Below, piece after piece: positions 13,917 to 27,383 of a stretch of 64,000 bases of DNA. The DNA lies in contig NC_068990.1 in NCBI RefSeq assembly GCF_001194135.2, positions 72,068,990-72,132,989 of the forward strand, read 5' to 3'. This stretch comes from Octopus bimaculoides (Eukaryota). Position numbers and translations under genes: made by a program. The notes beneath the pieces are model-generated. The model ran no database searches. It was not told where the DNA came from and saw only the letters and a list, made by a program, of their open reading frames with translations. The first letter of the stretch is position 1, and every line of letters starts with the position of its first letter.

Positions 13917-14442
13917 TATATGTCTGTAAATAAATATATGTGTGTGTGTATATATGTGTGTATATAGATATATACACATGTATACATGTATTTATGTATG
14001 TATTTGCTAGCCATTATATAAACTGCAAAAATTCAAAATGAGGACCAATTTTAGTAAAGTATGTCATGTTAAAATAAAGATATTAGTCTGCATTTTATCT
14101 TGACTAGAACTAAATTATAGAATTTTATGTACTAAAAATATAATAGGCAGATGAATCGATATGAAGACAATAAAATGGATGAATATGTCAGTATTTCCCT
14201 GTTGGGAGCCTGGCAAATATATTCTTAAAATATCAGACATTGAAGAAATATTTATTTGTAAAGAATAAAATAGAAAATGTAAAGAAAAAGAAAAATGAAA
14301 AAAATTACCTGAACTATAACTGCCATTTTTTTTCCTGAATATGATATATTTATATGCTTATACACACACAAACACACACACACATGTATACTTATATATG
14401 CACATATATATAGATATATAAATATATATATATATAGATATA

Positions 14443-14498
<56 letters not shown>

Positions 14499-14582
14499 NN
14501 NNNNNNNNNNNNNNNNATATAAATATAAATATATATGTATACACACATATGTATGCATACACACATATATATACATACATAC

Positions 14583-14624
<42 letters not shown>

Positions 14625-16083
14625 ATATATATATATATATGTATAATGAATGAATTAGACAAAATAAACAAAAATATAATGCTAGACAAGCCAGAACATT
14701 TAGTATTTTTTTTTATACTGATATGTTTATCCCTAAACTATAGAATAGCGATTGCCATGATACAGAGAAAAGTGAAGATGCGTTCTGTACATTCACTTCA
14801 CTCCAATAGACAGTGTTATTGCTTACTCTGTATATTCCATTTGATATGATTATCACTCTTTCTCTTGGTCTCTTTCTCTCTGTCTATTCCTATAGATGTT
14901 GTTATTATTGTCTGTATATCTTAATAGATATGGTTATTGCTGACTTTAATGAAACTGAGAAGTTCCAAACAACAAACTAAGTTTGGGAAAGAATTGTTAG
15001 AATGTTGGAGAAAATGCTGTGTGATATTTGATTCTGATCTTTAGATTCTGGGTTTCAAATCCAGTTAATGTTAACTTTGCCTTTTATCATTAAGTGGTTG
15101 GTAAAATAAAATACCAGTAAAGTACCGAGGTCAAAATAACTGACTATTTCATCTCTTGAATTTGAAAGCTTGTATCTAAACTAGAAACTATTTATTACGG
15201 CAGTGAGCTGGTAGAAGTGTTAGCTTGCCAGACAAAATACTTAGCAGCATTCTGAGTTCAAATTCCACCAAGGTCAACTTTTGCTTTTCACTCTTTTAGG
15301 GGGTCAATAAAATAAAAATCAGTTAAACACTGGGGTTTAAGTAAGTGACTGTCCTCCTCCCCTAAAATTTCAGGCCTTGTACCTATAGCAGAAAAAAATT
15401 AGTATTGTTATAATATTGTTATAATATTGGTAATAAATATAGTCTAAGATATGTATAAATCTAAAAAATGGAACAAAAATGCAACAGATGACAATAAAAC
15501 ATCTGGACAGATAGACGATGTGAAGCTGGACAGGAAAAAACCAGTACAGGTCATTCGCAAGTTCCTCTCATCAATCAAGTCACCAAATTATCCTTACAGT
15601 TTTGGGCAGTTACAATTAAGACTGTTCAAATCTGGCTGACCCCAAAAATCTAAGCTAAGAGCATTAAAGCTTTTGGGAGAATGCAAGCGAATGTGTAGGA
15701 CAACAAAGAGGAGACAAAAACGGAGAACATGTTACACAATTACAAATGCAAATAACAAGAAAATAACAACAGGTCTCTTTCGAGTAGTAGGGTGATGGTC
15801 CAACTCTGAGAAATATTTTAAAGATAGTTTATTTATTGCTTATACCTTGTTTATTTTCCTTTTTCAGTTCACATTCTATTTCTTTGTTAATACCAGCATC
15901 TTTTGTAATCTAGTCATGTAATGTACTCTCATCCATTTCCCTTATGGCAAGTAAACGAAATCATCGTCATGATCATCATCACCACCACCAGTGCTGCCAC
16001 CACCACAATCATGGCACCATGCAGTAGGATTGAACCAAAAACACATATTCATGAAGTGAGCTTCTTAACCTCTTAGCTGGTTA

Positions 16084-16420
16084 GATACACACACACACAC
16101 ATGTGCGCACGTGCACACACACACTAACACAAACACACACGGACACACACAAATACACACACACATACACACACAAACGCACACACATATACACACAAAC
16201 ATACACATACTCAAACACATGCACACACAAACACACAAACACACACAAACACACACATACACAAATATACACACATGCACACATGCACACATGCATGCAC
16301 ACACACACACAAACACACACATACACACAAACACACACATACACAAATACACACACATGCACATGCACACATGCACACATGCACGCACACACACGCACAC
16401 ACACACACACACACACAGAG
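16084..16420. repeat. Degenerate (CA)n-rich tract
   Basis: Directly visible. Source of the HT/CV ORFs. Confidence 0.95.
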
Positions 16421-17443
16421 TCATTGGTGGAATCACTTTGATGAGAGCTTCTCATGATCAGGCTGAGATATACAACAACAAAAACAACAAAAGCAGCAAC
16501 ATCAACAACAAGAATGTGAACTTTCATTCTTTTAAAAGCTGATTAAGAACCTGTTATAGGGTACCACTAATATCAAATATGTAGTAAGTCCCACTAATAG
16601 TTATTTAATTAACTGCAGATTATTACTACAGAAATTAGTGGTTTTGTGCTAAGATGCTTTGGTGAGTCAAAAGATGGAGAAGGGAAACTCTAGTGTGTCA
16701 TGTTAGACTAAATTCCTTGCAGCATTTAGTTACAGACCTTTACAGACAAGCATTGAGGATGATTTATATTTCTGTAAAGCTTCCTAGATGTGAATAGAAT
16801 CATTATAATAGAAGATAAAGGAATCATAAATCATTTTGGTTTACTCTGACAATCGCATAGTGAAACATGGAGAGCAAAGGGCAGATAACTTATCTTAGCT
16901 AAGTGAGATAAACATGATTTGTTGAATGGGTATGAGAGATATAATGAGATATAGGGAGTGTGGATGAAGGTGAGGTGTGGAAAGGAGTTAATGAGTGAGC
17001 TGGCTTGGGAGGGGATAATAGTGGGCAAAGGGGATTGTTGGAAAGTAGTTTCGGTTGCCGTGTTCCTGGAATATAAGGTGATTGTGTGGACAGGGTGAAG
17101 AAGTGTCATTTGATAGCTGAAGATGATAACAGCCAATAAAGGATCAATAATCTGCATCTACCCCCATATCAATTTTATGTCTTTATTATTATTGCTTCCA
17201 TTGTTGTTATTAAGGCAGTAACTTAGATGTTGTTATAGAATCAGCTAAAATGCCTGGTGGAATTTGTTTCAGTCCTCTACACTCTGAGTTCAAACCATGC
17301 CAAGATCAATTTCATTCTTCATCCTTCTGGGATTGATACAATAAAGTATAAGATACAAATTTCAATATATTATCAACTGTTCCCATTTACCAAATTTCTG
17401 ACCTTATGTCTACATTAGAAACACATCATCATCATCATCATCG

Positions 17444-17480
<37 letters not shown>

Positions 17481-17489
17481 TATTATTAT

Positions 17490-18050
17490 TATTGAGTGAG
17501 AGAGCAGCACATGCCATCTAAGTGGCACTGGAGTACTAATATACAAAGCCCAGTATATCCGTCATGACTACTCATCTGATAAGGGGACACCAGGCACATG
17601 CAACACAACCATGTGTGCATGACATGATGATCTCATATCAAGATAAACAGTGCATGACCTTGCAGGTGGGGGACCAGTTAGAATTTTCTTCAGGTCGAGT
17701 AGCCCATCCCACTCCAAAAGTCCCTGTATAAGGTTTGTTTAAGGATGATGAATGAAACAGCCATATTTCCAGAAGTGAATTATTCAAACCCCAAAGAATT
17801 CTTTGCAACACATGGCTATGATGTTCCCCAACTACTTCTGCTCATGATCAGAGATGCACATATCATCAGCCACTAAGGGACAAGCTCAACTGGTCATGGT
17901 CAAACAACTGACAAGTAAATCAGTGGTATTGAGCAGAATATTTGCTGTAGCCTATCTTTTATACCAAGACAAAACAAGTACATGATAATACTTCCAATTC
18001 AGTTAAGAAGAAAAGCCATGAGAGTCACGGCCTGGTAATGCACCAGGGCA
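17490..18050 (-). mobile_element. Unclassified interspersed repeat ending in an (AAT)n tail
   Basis: Complex segment bounded by (ATT)n tracts. No ORF recognised; class not determined. Confidence 0.4.
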
Positions 18051-18072
18051 TCTATGATTGTTATTATTATTA

Positions 18073-18152
<80 letters not shown>

Positions 18153-18814
18153 ATCATTATTCAAAGTTGACTTTACCTTTCATCCATTTGGGGGTCCATA
18201 ATATAAGTACGAGTTGAATGATGGGGTATATGTAATTAACTTACCTGTCCCCTGAGACTGTTGGCCTCGGAACCATTATTATGATTATTATAATTGTTCT
18301 TATTGCTGTTACTATTATTATTCAAGGCTGACTTTGCCTTTCATCCTTTTGGGGTTGATGAAATAAGTACCAGTGGAGCATTAGGCTCGATATAATCGAC
18401 TATCCCCATTTCACCCAAGTTTCAGGCCTTGTGCTTCTATAGCAGAAAGAATTATTATCATTATTAGGGTAGACTGGCAGAATTGTCAGAGCATTGAACA
18501 AAAATTCTTTATTATGTTTAGTTATGGCTCTCTGCATACTGAGTTCAAATTCCATAGAGGTCATCTTTGTCTTTTATCCTTCTTGGGCTGATAAATTAAA
18601 GAGTCAGACAAGTACTTGGGTCAGTTTATTTAACTGGTTTTGTGTTTATTTTAGAAGCAGTTATTATTATTATCATTAAAAAGGAAAGAGACGATAGTCA
18701 TCATCATCATCATCATCATCATTACATCTGCTTACCATACTGGCATGTGTTGGACAGATTGTGATATTTCAAATCAGTTCTTATTGGAAAGCTCAATCCT
18801 TCCAATATGCCCAT

Positions 18815-19214
18815 GGGCATATGGCATAGTGGTTAAGAGCACGGGCTACAAGCCCCAAGATTCCGAGTTCGATTCCAAGCAGTGACCTGAACAATAATGA
18901 CAATAATAATGATAATAATAATAATAATAATAATACCAGGCCTACCATCCCTAAAGGAAGTACAAAAAATCGTGTTAACTGGAACGATTCATGTACTGAG
19001 AAGAGCATTATTGCTATGAAAACAACATCCATTCATGAATTTATTAATTTTTTTACATACATATTTTACCTGTGAATTTGCGTGTGTAAACTGGGAATGC
19101 ATACAATGAACTCTGTCCTAGGTGTACGGAAAACACTCAGCGAGAAATGGAAGAAAATTTGAAGAAAGAAGAAAAGAAGACAACATAATGATAATGATAA
19201 TAATAATAATAATC

Positions 19215-19250
<36 letters not shown>

Positions 19251-19428
19251 TTGAAAAATACCTTAGGAATGAGAACCCAGGTTCGAAATTATCCCAAGAC
19301 ACTTGAAGAAGGCTGGAGGGTATATCAGCCAAAACGTGTTAACAACAAACAAGATGAGGACAAATATCTGTTGAATGTAAATAATGTAAATAATGCACAT
19401 AGTTCCTCATCTCTTAAATATATAACTG
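18815..19428 (+). mobile_element. tRNA(Arg-like)-headed SINE with a decayed hammerhead-type tail (long variant)
   Basis: Head: A box tggcatagtgg, B box gagttcgattcc, and agattccgagttcgattcc resembling the tRNA-Arg T-arm. Then (AAT)n, an extra internal segment of about 230 bp, (AAT)n, and a tail homologous to 61380-61545. Confidence 0.8.
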
Positions 19429-19630
19429 AAGTTCCAGTCATGTACTGGAATTTAATAAAAAATTGTACTCTTAAAATTTAAAGTTAAATAGCAGTAGCAT
19501 TCTTCCCTTTCCTGGGACTGCCACATTAAGTTGGCACCAAACCATGACTTTATCGTGCTGCTACTGTATAAGTCTCTCTGAGAGATTTAGAAATGGCAAT
19601 ATTTCTAATACTAATTTTAATCTTTTTCAG

Positions 19631-19852
19631 AAAACTAATTTCCATCGCAGTCATACCTTGAATTACCATAACGGTTATCGCGTAGAGAAATTAGTTCAAA
19701 GAGGAATTGGTGGAGAAATTCTCGATAAGAACCAGTTGAATGAACAAGAACTTCAGGAATTGGCCAATTTCCACACCCTACAGACCTATGGTGAACCAAA
19801 ACCAGCAGCTCCTGATCCTTTTATTCCTGCACATGTCACCTTAAATAACAAA
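19631..19852 (+). CDS. EFHC1: EFHC1 coding exon A (N-terminal region; first exon found)
   Basis: Acceptor tctttttcAG|, donor AAA|GTAAGT, 222 nt, phase 0/0. Encodes KTNFHRSHTLNYHNGY...GIGGEILDKNQLNEQELQELA...TYGEPKPAAPDPFIPAHVTLNNK, resembling recalled human EFHC1 KTAFHRSQTLSYRNGY...GIGGDRLQFNQLSQAELDELA...[23 protein letters not shown]. Confidence 0.93.
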
Positions 19853-19869
19853 GTAAGTTAATTTAGGTA

Positions 19870-19920
<51 letters not shown>

Positions 19921-20251
19921 CATATGTGTGTGTATGTGTCTGTGTATGTATATACATATATGTGTATAAATATATATGTATGTGTTCGTGCATAAATTGA
20001 GCATATAATCATTAAAATGATTATATCAGTAGCCAGTGTGTAAAAACGACCATATTGGTAAAATTAATATTTTAGTATATAATTATAAATATATAATTAT
20101 AATTATATACTTAAATATATGTGTATACACACACACACATATATATATATATTATTCTCTGTTTCAAATGAATTTTTTGATGTTCTCTTTCTATGTATTC
20201 TGTATTTTCTGTTGAGGATATATTATAAACAGTTTTTTTTTTTGATTTCAG

Positions 20252-20402
20252 GTTCTTAGATTTTATTGCTTTTTTAAAGAAACTGTGAATGAATCCCCAC
20301 AGGAATTCTATCGTGTACGACCTTGCAAGATCTACTACTTCATTGTTGACGATACTATAAGTGTGAATGAACCACCTGTTGATAACAGTGGAATAGCACA
20401 AG
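20252..20402 (+). CDS. EFHC1: EFHC1 exon B, start of DM10 domain 1
   Basis: ttttgatttcAG| ... CAAG|GTTGGT, 151 nt, phase 0/1. VLRFYCFFKETVNESPQEFYRVRPCKIYYFIVDDTISVNEPPVDNSGIAQG carries the DM10 EP...NSG..QG motif. Not in the ORF track. Confidence 0.93.
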
Positions 20403-21399
20403 GTTGGTAAAATAGTTCTTGGTTAAGTGCCTTGCTTGATATGCCCTGAAAACTTTCGTGCAACCTTACAAAATATGTTACTGTTATCTTTGTGACAACT
20501 ATCCAATGACTACTATCATGGTAAATACAGGTGACACGTCCAGACAAGTTCCAGTCTTATCAAACCCCATCAATGAAGCATAACCTGCTCTATACATGCC
20601 AAGTTATTCATGAGAGAATCACAATATTGATGTAAAAATAATGTAAACATGTAGGCATAGAAGTGTATCATAATGGCCGAGGGAAGTCACTTGGAATGTT
20701 CCATCTTCACAAAAAAATAACAGTCAAGATAAATATATACCTACATATAGCTATATTTGTGTACCTGTCTGTCTGTCTGTATTAATGTGTGTCTGTATAC
20801 ACACACACGTGCACACACACACACACACACACGAACACACACACACACACACATACACACACACGTCAACCTACAAAATAAGCAGTTGTGATGAATTAGG
20901 TATAATTCTTATTTCTTTTTCTCTTCCTTCTCTTAATCCTTTTACTTTCGCCAGAGTCTCATCTCTTTCTTTTCCTCCATGAGCACCCATCTGACAAAGT
21001 ATTTATAAAAACTTCATAATATGGTAATTGTAGGAGCAGAAAAGAATAATAGTTATACATACAAGATGGAAGAAGAGCACATGCATCCCATTGCCTTCAT
21101 ACAACTGTACATTAATCTAATAATATGAAAAATCTTGCATGATTTGAAGAAAACACTTTTACATAAGTGGGTAAGAGAAATAACTCACTGATTGCAATTG
21201 AAAGGAAATGAATTATACATGAATTGGGTGACATAATCAATGTCATGTGTAAAGATTCTTAATTGAAATTTCCTTCTAAATTAGAGAAAACAAATAGGTA
21301 ATTACAACTGTTAGTCATTTTCAGTGGAAAAGGGAGATAATTTCAAGAAATTAATGGTTTATTCTCTCATATTTATTTAGATGTTGAGAAAGAATAGAC

Positions 21400-22230
21400 T
21401 GATATTTTTTTGCAGACAAGTAATAACAAAGGACATGTTTTGGTCTATTTAAGTATATTTACTCAAACCAGCAAAATAGATAGATGTTTACTTATACAAA
21501 AAGTTACGTAAATTTTTAGTCAGAATAATTTGTATAGCTAAACACAGAAAGATCAATGGGAAATAGTTCATATGGGCCAAAGGTGTAAATATAGATAATT
21601 AGGTTACAGGCTGCTTAACTGAGTGCTATACACACAAAAATTTTTAAGCTAATGAAATTTCTTGTGTTGGAGTAGAAAATATAACAACAAAACGTTAAGG
21701 GGAAAATAATTTTAAGAAATTAAGAAGTAATTTTTTAAGGTAAGAAAGAAAACTTGTGTCTTAGTTTACAGACACTATACCAGCCAAAAATATGTATAAC
21801 TATTTTTCTACACATAAAATTTATCTATTGGTTAGCACACTCATTTAGTTTGTACTATGCTGATGAGATTTAATAGGCCAAAACATGTCCATAGTTGTCC
21901 CTTTGCTACAAACAAATTGAATTTGAGAAATTGTGTGTCTATACAGACAGCACACCCATTCATTCAAATACAGAAGAAAACAAAAACTAAATCCCTCTAC
22001 ATTATCAAAGAACATCTGGCAGTTGAATAACCAAGAAATAGATTACCATGTAATCAAATGGAGCATAGCTGCAAAGAGAAAGATATACAATAGATTGACA
22101 GTAATTGCAGCTTATGAGCATCTGAAAACTTTAATATATCAAATCTGCTGGGCAGTATCCTAAATAAGAAGGAAGAAACTTACTCTTCTTGTTTACACGA
22201 AAGAAAATTCAAGATATAAAGTTTAACGCA
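21400..22230 (+). mobile_element. Decayed Penelope-like element (linker and GIY-YIG endonuclease C-terminus)
   Basis: Fragments KLRKFLVRII/FSQNNL, STLSKNIWQLNNQEIDYHVIKWSIAAK and SILNKKEETYSSCLHERKFK match the PLE STxLSxHIWxLK...WSI...LLNxRxE..SxCxH pattern. Many stops and frameshifts. Confidence 0.65.
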
Positions 22231-22512
22231 TATCACTCTCTTAGAAACATTTCAACTATAAACAAGATTAAAAGAATAGTCAAAAGCTGAACCTTTAATC
22301 ACACAATAATGTTAAATTTCCCATTATTAAAGTAAGTACTTGTATTAGCTTGTTTGATATATGTGTTTGTCTTCCTACAGGCATATATGTATGTTATTGC
22401 TTTGTTCTGATTTGGTTACTGTCTCACAAAGGTTTTAGATGTGAGGACTCGGCTGTTAGATGTGAGAACAGCTTTTGGTTACAGCCAAGTAGATTGATTA
22501 TATTATGGTATA

Positions 22513-23336
22513 TCATCATCATCATCATCATCGTTTAACGTCCGCTTTCCATGCTAGCATGGGTTGGATGATTTGACTGAGGACTGGTGAAACCGGATGG
22601 CAACACCAGGCTCCAATCTAAATTTGGCAGAGTTTCTACAGCTGGATGCCCTTCCTAACGCCAACCACTCAGAGAGTGTAGCAGGTGCTTTTACGTGTCA
22701 CCCGCACGAAGGCCAGTCAGGCGATACTGGCAACGGCCACGCTCGAAATGGTGTCTTTTATGTGCCACCCGCACAAGAGCCAGTCCAGGGGCACTGGCAA
22801 CGATCTTGCTCGAAAATCCTACGAAGGCCAGTCAGGCGGTACTGGCAACGGCCACGCTCNNNNNNNNNNNNNNNNNNNNNNNNNNNNNNNNNNNNNNNNN
22901 NNNNNNNNNNNNNNNNNNNNNNNNNNNNNNNNNNNNNNNNNNNNNNNNNNNNNNNNNAGGGTGTGGCACTTTTTCACACAGCTATCCTCATCCATTCTCA
23001 CCACATGTCCATACCAGCGCAATCGTCTCTCTTGCACACCACAACTGATGCTTCTAATGTTCAGCTTTTCTCTCAAGATACTTACACTCTGACGGGTATT
23101 CACATCCAACGGAGCATACTGGCTTCATTCCTTGCGAGCTTACGCATGTCCTCAGCAGTTACAGCCCATGTTTCACTGCCATGTAGCATGGCTGTTCGTA
23201 CACATGCCTCATACAGTCTGCCTTTTACTCTGAGTGAGAGTCCCTTTGTCGCCAGCAGAGGTAAGAGCTCTCTAAACTTTGCCCAGGCTATTTTTTTCTC
23301 CTGTTCATTATTACTAACAATCTCTCTCACACACAC
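22513..23336 (-). mobile_element. 5'-truncated RTE LINE (RT C-terminus, 3' UTR, (GAT)n tail), gap inside
   Basis: AWAKFRELLPLL...VKGRLYEACVRTAMLHGSETW and ERRLRWYGHVVRMDE are RTE-type RT C-terminal motifs. Confidence 0.88.
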
Positions 23337-25344
23337 ACATCATGATACGTGTTTCATGTCACTGAGATCTTCAGGTGAGAACTGTTACAACTTGGTGATG
23401 GTGATGTATTTATTGGTGTAGATATGATTCCATGCTTGTGTCTGTTTAATATCTGGTTTTTACACTTGCTGATTGGCTGTTATTTTTGTGTTTTTTCACT
23501 GATTATTTTTAGATATGGAGGTGTGATATTAATTTGCATATCCATTGCAGATTTAATAATCTAGTTAAAGTCGTTCTTTTGTTAATTTTCTTTTATTGCA
23601 TTGTGTTTTCACATGTTATGAGATTTTTAAAGGTGTCTGTGAGTGAGTTGGTGTGAAACTAATTAAGGATGGTTCTATTTATAGAAGATGATTCATGGCT
23701 GAATGGTTTTCGTATGACTCATCATCATTACCATCTTCATCGTCATTGTTGTTGTTGTCATCATCGTTGCCGCTGTCAACATTTAGCATCTGTTTTCCAT
23801 GCTGGTATGGGTTGGATGATTTGACAGGAGCTGACAAGCCAGAGAGGTGCACTAGGCTCTATTTGTCTGTTTCACAATGGTTTCTACTGTTGGATGCCCT
23901 TCCTAATGGTAACCACTTTACAGAGTGTGCTTGGTACATTTTACATGGCACCAGCATGGGTGCTTTTCACGTGGGACTTTTGCTGGTGCTTTTGATGCAT
24001 GGGTGCTTTTTACAAGTGTTTGTGTTAATTCAATGGGAGTGACTATTTCAAATGTGGTATGAGACTAGTCATGAGATGAAAGTTCATTTTCAATAGGCAA
24101 TATGTGTGTGTATGTGTGTGTATGCATGCATACATGTGTGCAACAAAATATGTGTGTGTGCAACAAAACCTTCAGAAACTAGAAATACTTGAACAAGTAA
24201 TACTCTTATCAGAATTAGAATCTCAAGAAGGACAATCATGCAATATCAACAGTAATATTTATACAACAAATATGTACACAATAATATGTATACAACAAAA
24301 CCACTGTAAGCCAAGGAACCAAGAACCATTATTATATAGGTCTAATTTGACTAGAACTAGAATTTCAATGAAGGGCAACTTAGAACCATGAGGATACAAA
24401 ATAGAAAAGTTTCACAGTCAACAAGCACATCATATATGTACACGTACATATATATTATATAAAGTATATATAGGATGGCATACTGGCAGAATCGTTAGCA
24501 TGTTGGGTGAAATGCTTTGCAGTATTTTGACTGTCTTCACGTTCTGAGTTCAAATTCTACTGAGGTTGAATTTGTCTTTCATCTTTTTGAGCTCAATAAA
24601 ATAAGTACGAGTTGAGTGCTGGGGTCAATGTAATTGACTTACCTTCTATCCCAAACCTGCTGGCCTAGTGCCAAACTTTGAAACCATTATATGAAATATA
24701 TAGACACACACAGATATATGTTTCTATCTATCTATCTATCTATCCATCTCTCTCTATCTATCTATCTTATCTATCGATCTGTCTATATATTTATGTTTAT
24801 ATTATCATCATATGATGTGATAAATATTTATTGTTATGTTGTCTGATGTCTGATATCATTAATTATAGCTTGCTTTTGACAATGTGGTAATTGTCTTGTT
24901 TTGTCATTTTAAAAAGTAAAACAATAATCATGAATTGTTGGCAATTGTTGAAAATCACTTGTAATGTCTTTGCCAAATTTTTTATTACAACCTAAACATA
25001 GAATTATCTGTAGAATGATAGTGGAAAGCTCTATGAAATGTTTCTTAATGTTATCTCTCTGAAATAAGCAAAGGATGAAATGTCTGGTGGTTTTAAATTA
25101 TATCCCTTAATGATCAGCTCTGACTTTTGCCTTTTCAGCATTGATAAAATAAGTACAGGGGCATGTATGTGTGTGTGCATGTGTATGTATGTATGTATGT
25201 ATGTATGTATGTATGTATGTATGTGCATGTGTGTGTGCATGCGTGCGTACATGTGTGTGTGTGCATGTGTGTGAGTGTGTATGTATGCATGTATGTATGT
25301 ATGTATGTATGTATGTATCTATCTATCTATCTATCTATCTATCT

Positions 25345-26110
25345 GGTGGGATGAGTAAATTGTCGCCATTTTATATTTTTAATTTTGCACATGCACATTG
25401 TTTGTTCTTGATTTTGTTGACTACACAGTACAGTAGGGTCAGTTGGGCACTGTCTTTGGGAAAAACAGGACCATGATGCAATTCACTCTGTCAGAAATTT
25501 GGAAACGACATGCTGTACTGTTTGGCATTCACACTGGAAGCTCCAATATGAACATTTTAGTGTTGGGTGTCAATCTGAGGACATGCACCGGGAGTGATAA
25601 AAATCAAACATCCAGTCAACATCATGGTGTTTGGAGTGATCACTAGTGATGGTGATGTTATGCCTCCATTCATCTTCCCACATGGCCTCAGACTCAACAT
25701 GGAACCCTACATTGAATGCCTGGAGACGGTAGTGCTGCCCTGGGTCAAGTGAGTGGCTGCTGGAACACCCTATCCCTGGCAACAAGACTCTGCACCATGC
25801 CACATAAGCAGGAGAACCCAGTCATGGCTGTTGGACAATTTCTGTGGTCACATCACCCCTAACATCTGGCCACCTAACTCCCCACACTTGAACCCCATTG
25901 ATTATTATGTGTGGGGTACAGTTGAGTGAGAGACCAAGAAAACTCTTTGTAACATCAAAGATGAACTGAAGGGAAGGATTATGGCAGCATTCACCAACTT
26001 AAACAAGGTGACCATCCAGAAGAGTTGCAGGAGATTTTGAAGTCGTCTAGAGGTCGTGGTTGAAGCCAATGGCGATTTTATTGAATAAATTTACTGTTTA
26101 GTATTTCAAT
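25345..26110 (+). mobile_element. Internally deleted Tc1/mariner (maT/DD37D-like) transposase remnant
   Basis: Frame 25600-26088 reads KHPVNIMVFGVITSDG...WQQDSAPCH...WPPNSPHLNPIDYYVWG...RLEVVVEANGDFIE* with three in-frame TGA. Confidence 0.88.
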
Positions 26111-26257
26111 ATATTTTTATGAAAATGAGATGTACAGGTGCCAGTTACATGACACCAGTTACATGACACTTGGCTTGTTGGGTCTTCTCGAGAACAGCAT
26201 ATAGCCAAAGATTTTGGTCACTAGTCATTGCTTCTGTGAGGTCCAAAGTTTGAAGAA

Positions 26258-26290
<33 letters not shown>

Positions 26291-26498
26291 CTAATATAAT
26301 ATAATATAAAAATTGATATAAACAGTTAGGTGCAATATAAAACCATAAAGGAAAACTTTAATCATTGCTAATTGTAACTGAGGATGCTGAAGCACCTATA
26401 TCGCAAGAAATAAGAGTTAAAATCTCTTAATTCTGTATAAAGCACACAATATATATACACTGACAGAGGAGATAACCACCCCAAGAACGACTCCATTG

Positions 26499-26551
26499 AT
26501 CACTGGACTAGACTAGTTTTGCCTATCAGTCATAGGCTCATCAGCAGTGAC
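26499..26551 (-). ncRNA. Type I hammerhead ribozyme motif with a G12A substitution
   Basis: Minus strand: GUCACUG CUGAUGA GCCUA ugacuga UAGGC AAA ACUAG u CUAGU C CAGUGAU. Stems I, II and III all pair; cleavage triplet GUC. Confidence 0.8.
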
Positions 26552-26762
26552 TACTCAATTGCTCTATATTTTGGCTAAATCGGACTATCAGTATATATAT
26601 TTACCATATAGATTTATGGCTGATTTAGCAAAATGCTAATATGTATATTAAAAATTAATATAAACAACTATATGTGCGTGTGTGCGCATGTACAATTGAC
26701 TATACAGCTTTTGGAAAATGCAATCTGTGTAAATTTTAAAAATCAATGTTATTTCTCTGTAG

Positions 26763-26899
26763 GTCCATTTTTGAAACGACAACAAATTCCTAAGAATGAT
26801 CAAAAGGACATTTGGCACTGGACAGATCTGAACATTGGTGTTGATGTGACATTTTTTGGTCGTACATTCCATATTTATGACTGTGATGTCTTCACAAGG
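26763..26899 (+). CDS. EFHC1: EFHC1 exon C, end of DM10 domain 1
   Basis: tttctctgtAG| ... AGG|GTTTGT, 137 nt, phase 1/0, joins exon B in frame. GPFLKRQQIPKNDQKDIWHWTDLNIGVDVTFFGRTFHIYDCDVFTR. Confidence 0.94.
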
Positions 26900-27155
26900 G
26901 TTTGTTTCATTCTTTCATTTACTACAATTCTCTCGAATGATTATTATTTGTTCATTTTTTCTCAAGAGTTATTTCATTTTGCTTAATTTACCAAAGATTT
27001 TGTCTTTCTGAAATGCAGATTATTAAATATCATACAAAATATTATTTTGAAGTTTGCTTTCCTGATTCATATCCTTTTTCTCTTATATTGTTCTCACAAG
27101 GTATGAATATCTAGGATTACGCTAAATAATTTCTTTTTGTCTCGTATGGTTTCAG

Positions 27156-27383
27156 AACTTCTTGGAGAGTGAAGGAATTGAAGTTAATGCAAAGGAAGAA
27201 GTGCCCATTGATCCATACATTGACAATCGTAGGAAAGCAAACCTGCAAAAGACATACACTGCACCATCAGAATTTGATAAGCTCAAACAATTCTTAGAAA
27301 TGGACCGCAAAGTATTGCGTTTCTATTGTATCTGGGATGATAGTAAAAATATGTTTGGAGAGATAAAAGAATACATCATACAT
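27156..27383 (+). CDS. EFHC1: EFHC1 exon D, linker and start of DM10 domain 2
   Basis: ggtttcAG| ... CAT|GTTAGT, 228 nt, phase 0/0. NFLESEGIEVN...IDPY...PSEFDKLKQFLEMDRKVLRFYCIWDDSKNMFGEIKEYIIH. Confidence 0.94.

Noticed and set aside
14751-14764. RFX X-box-like attgccatgatac (and atttccatagaaat near 11175), expected for a ciliary gene
   Set aside because: Mismatches at key terminal positions, and the transcription start is unknown.
16065-16542. HT/CV/IY/poly-amino-acid ORFs here and throughout the window
   Set aside because: Translations of microsatellites.
19122-19481. Recurrent peptide MRTQVRNFPKTPDEGWRVYQPKR (also at 60786 and 61066)
   Set aside because: Translation of the SINE tail. 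The conserved feature is the RNA structure, and the copies differ by indels.
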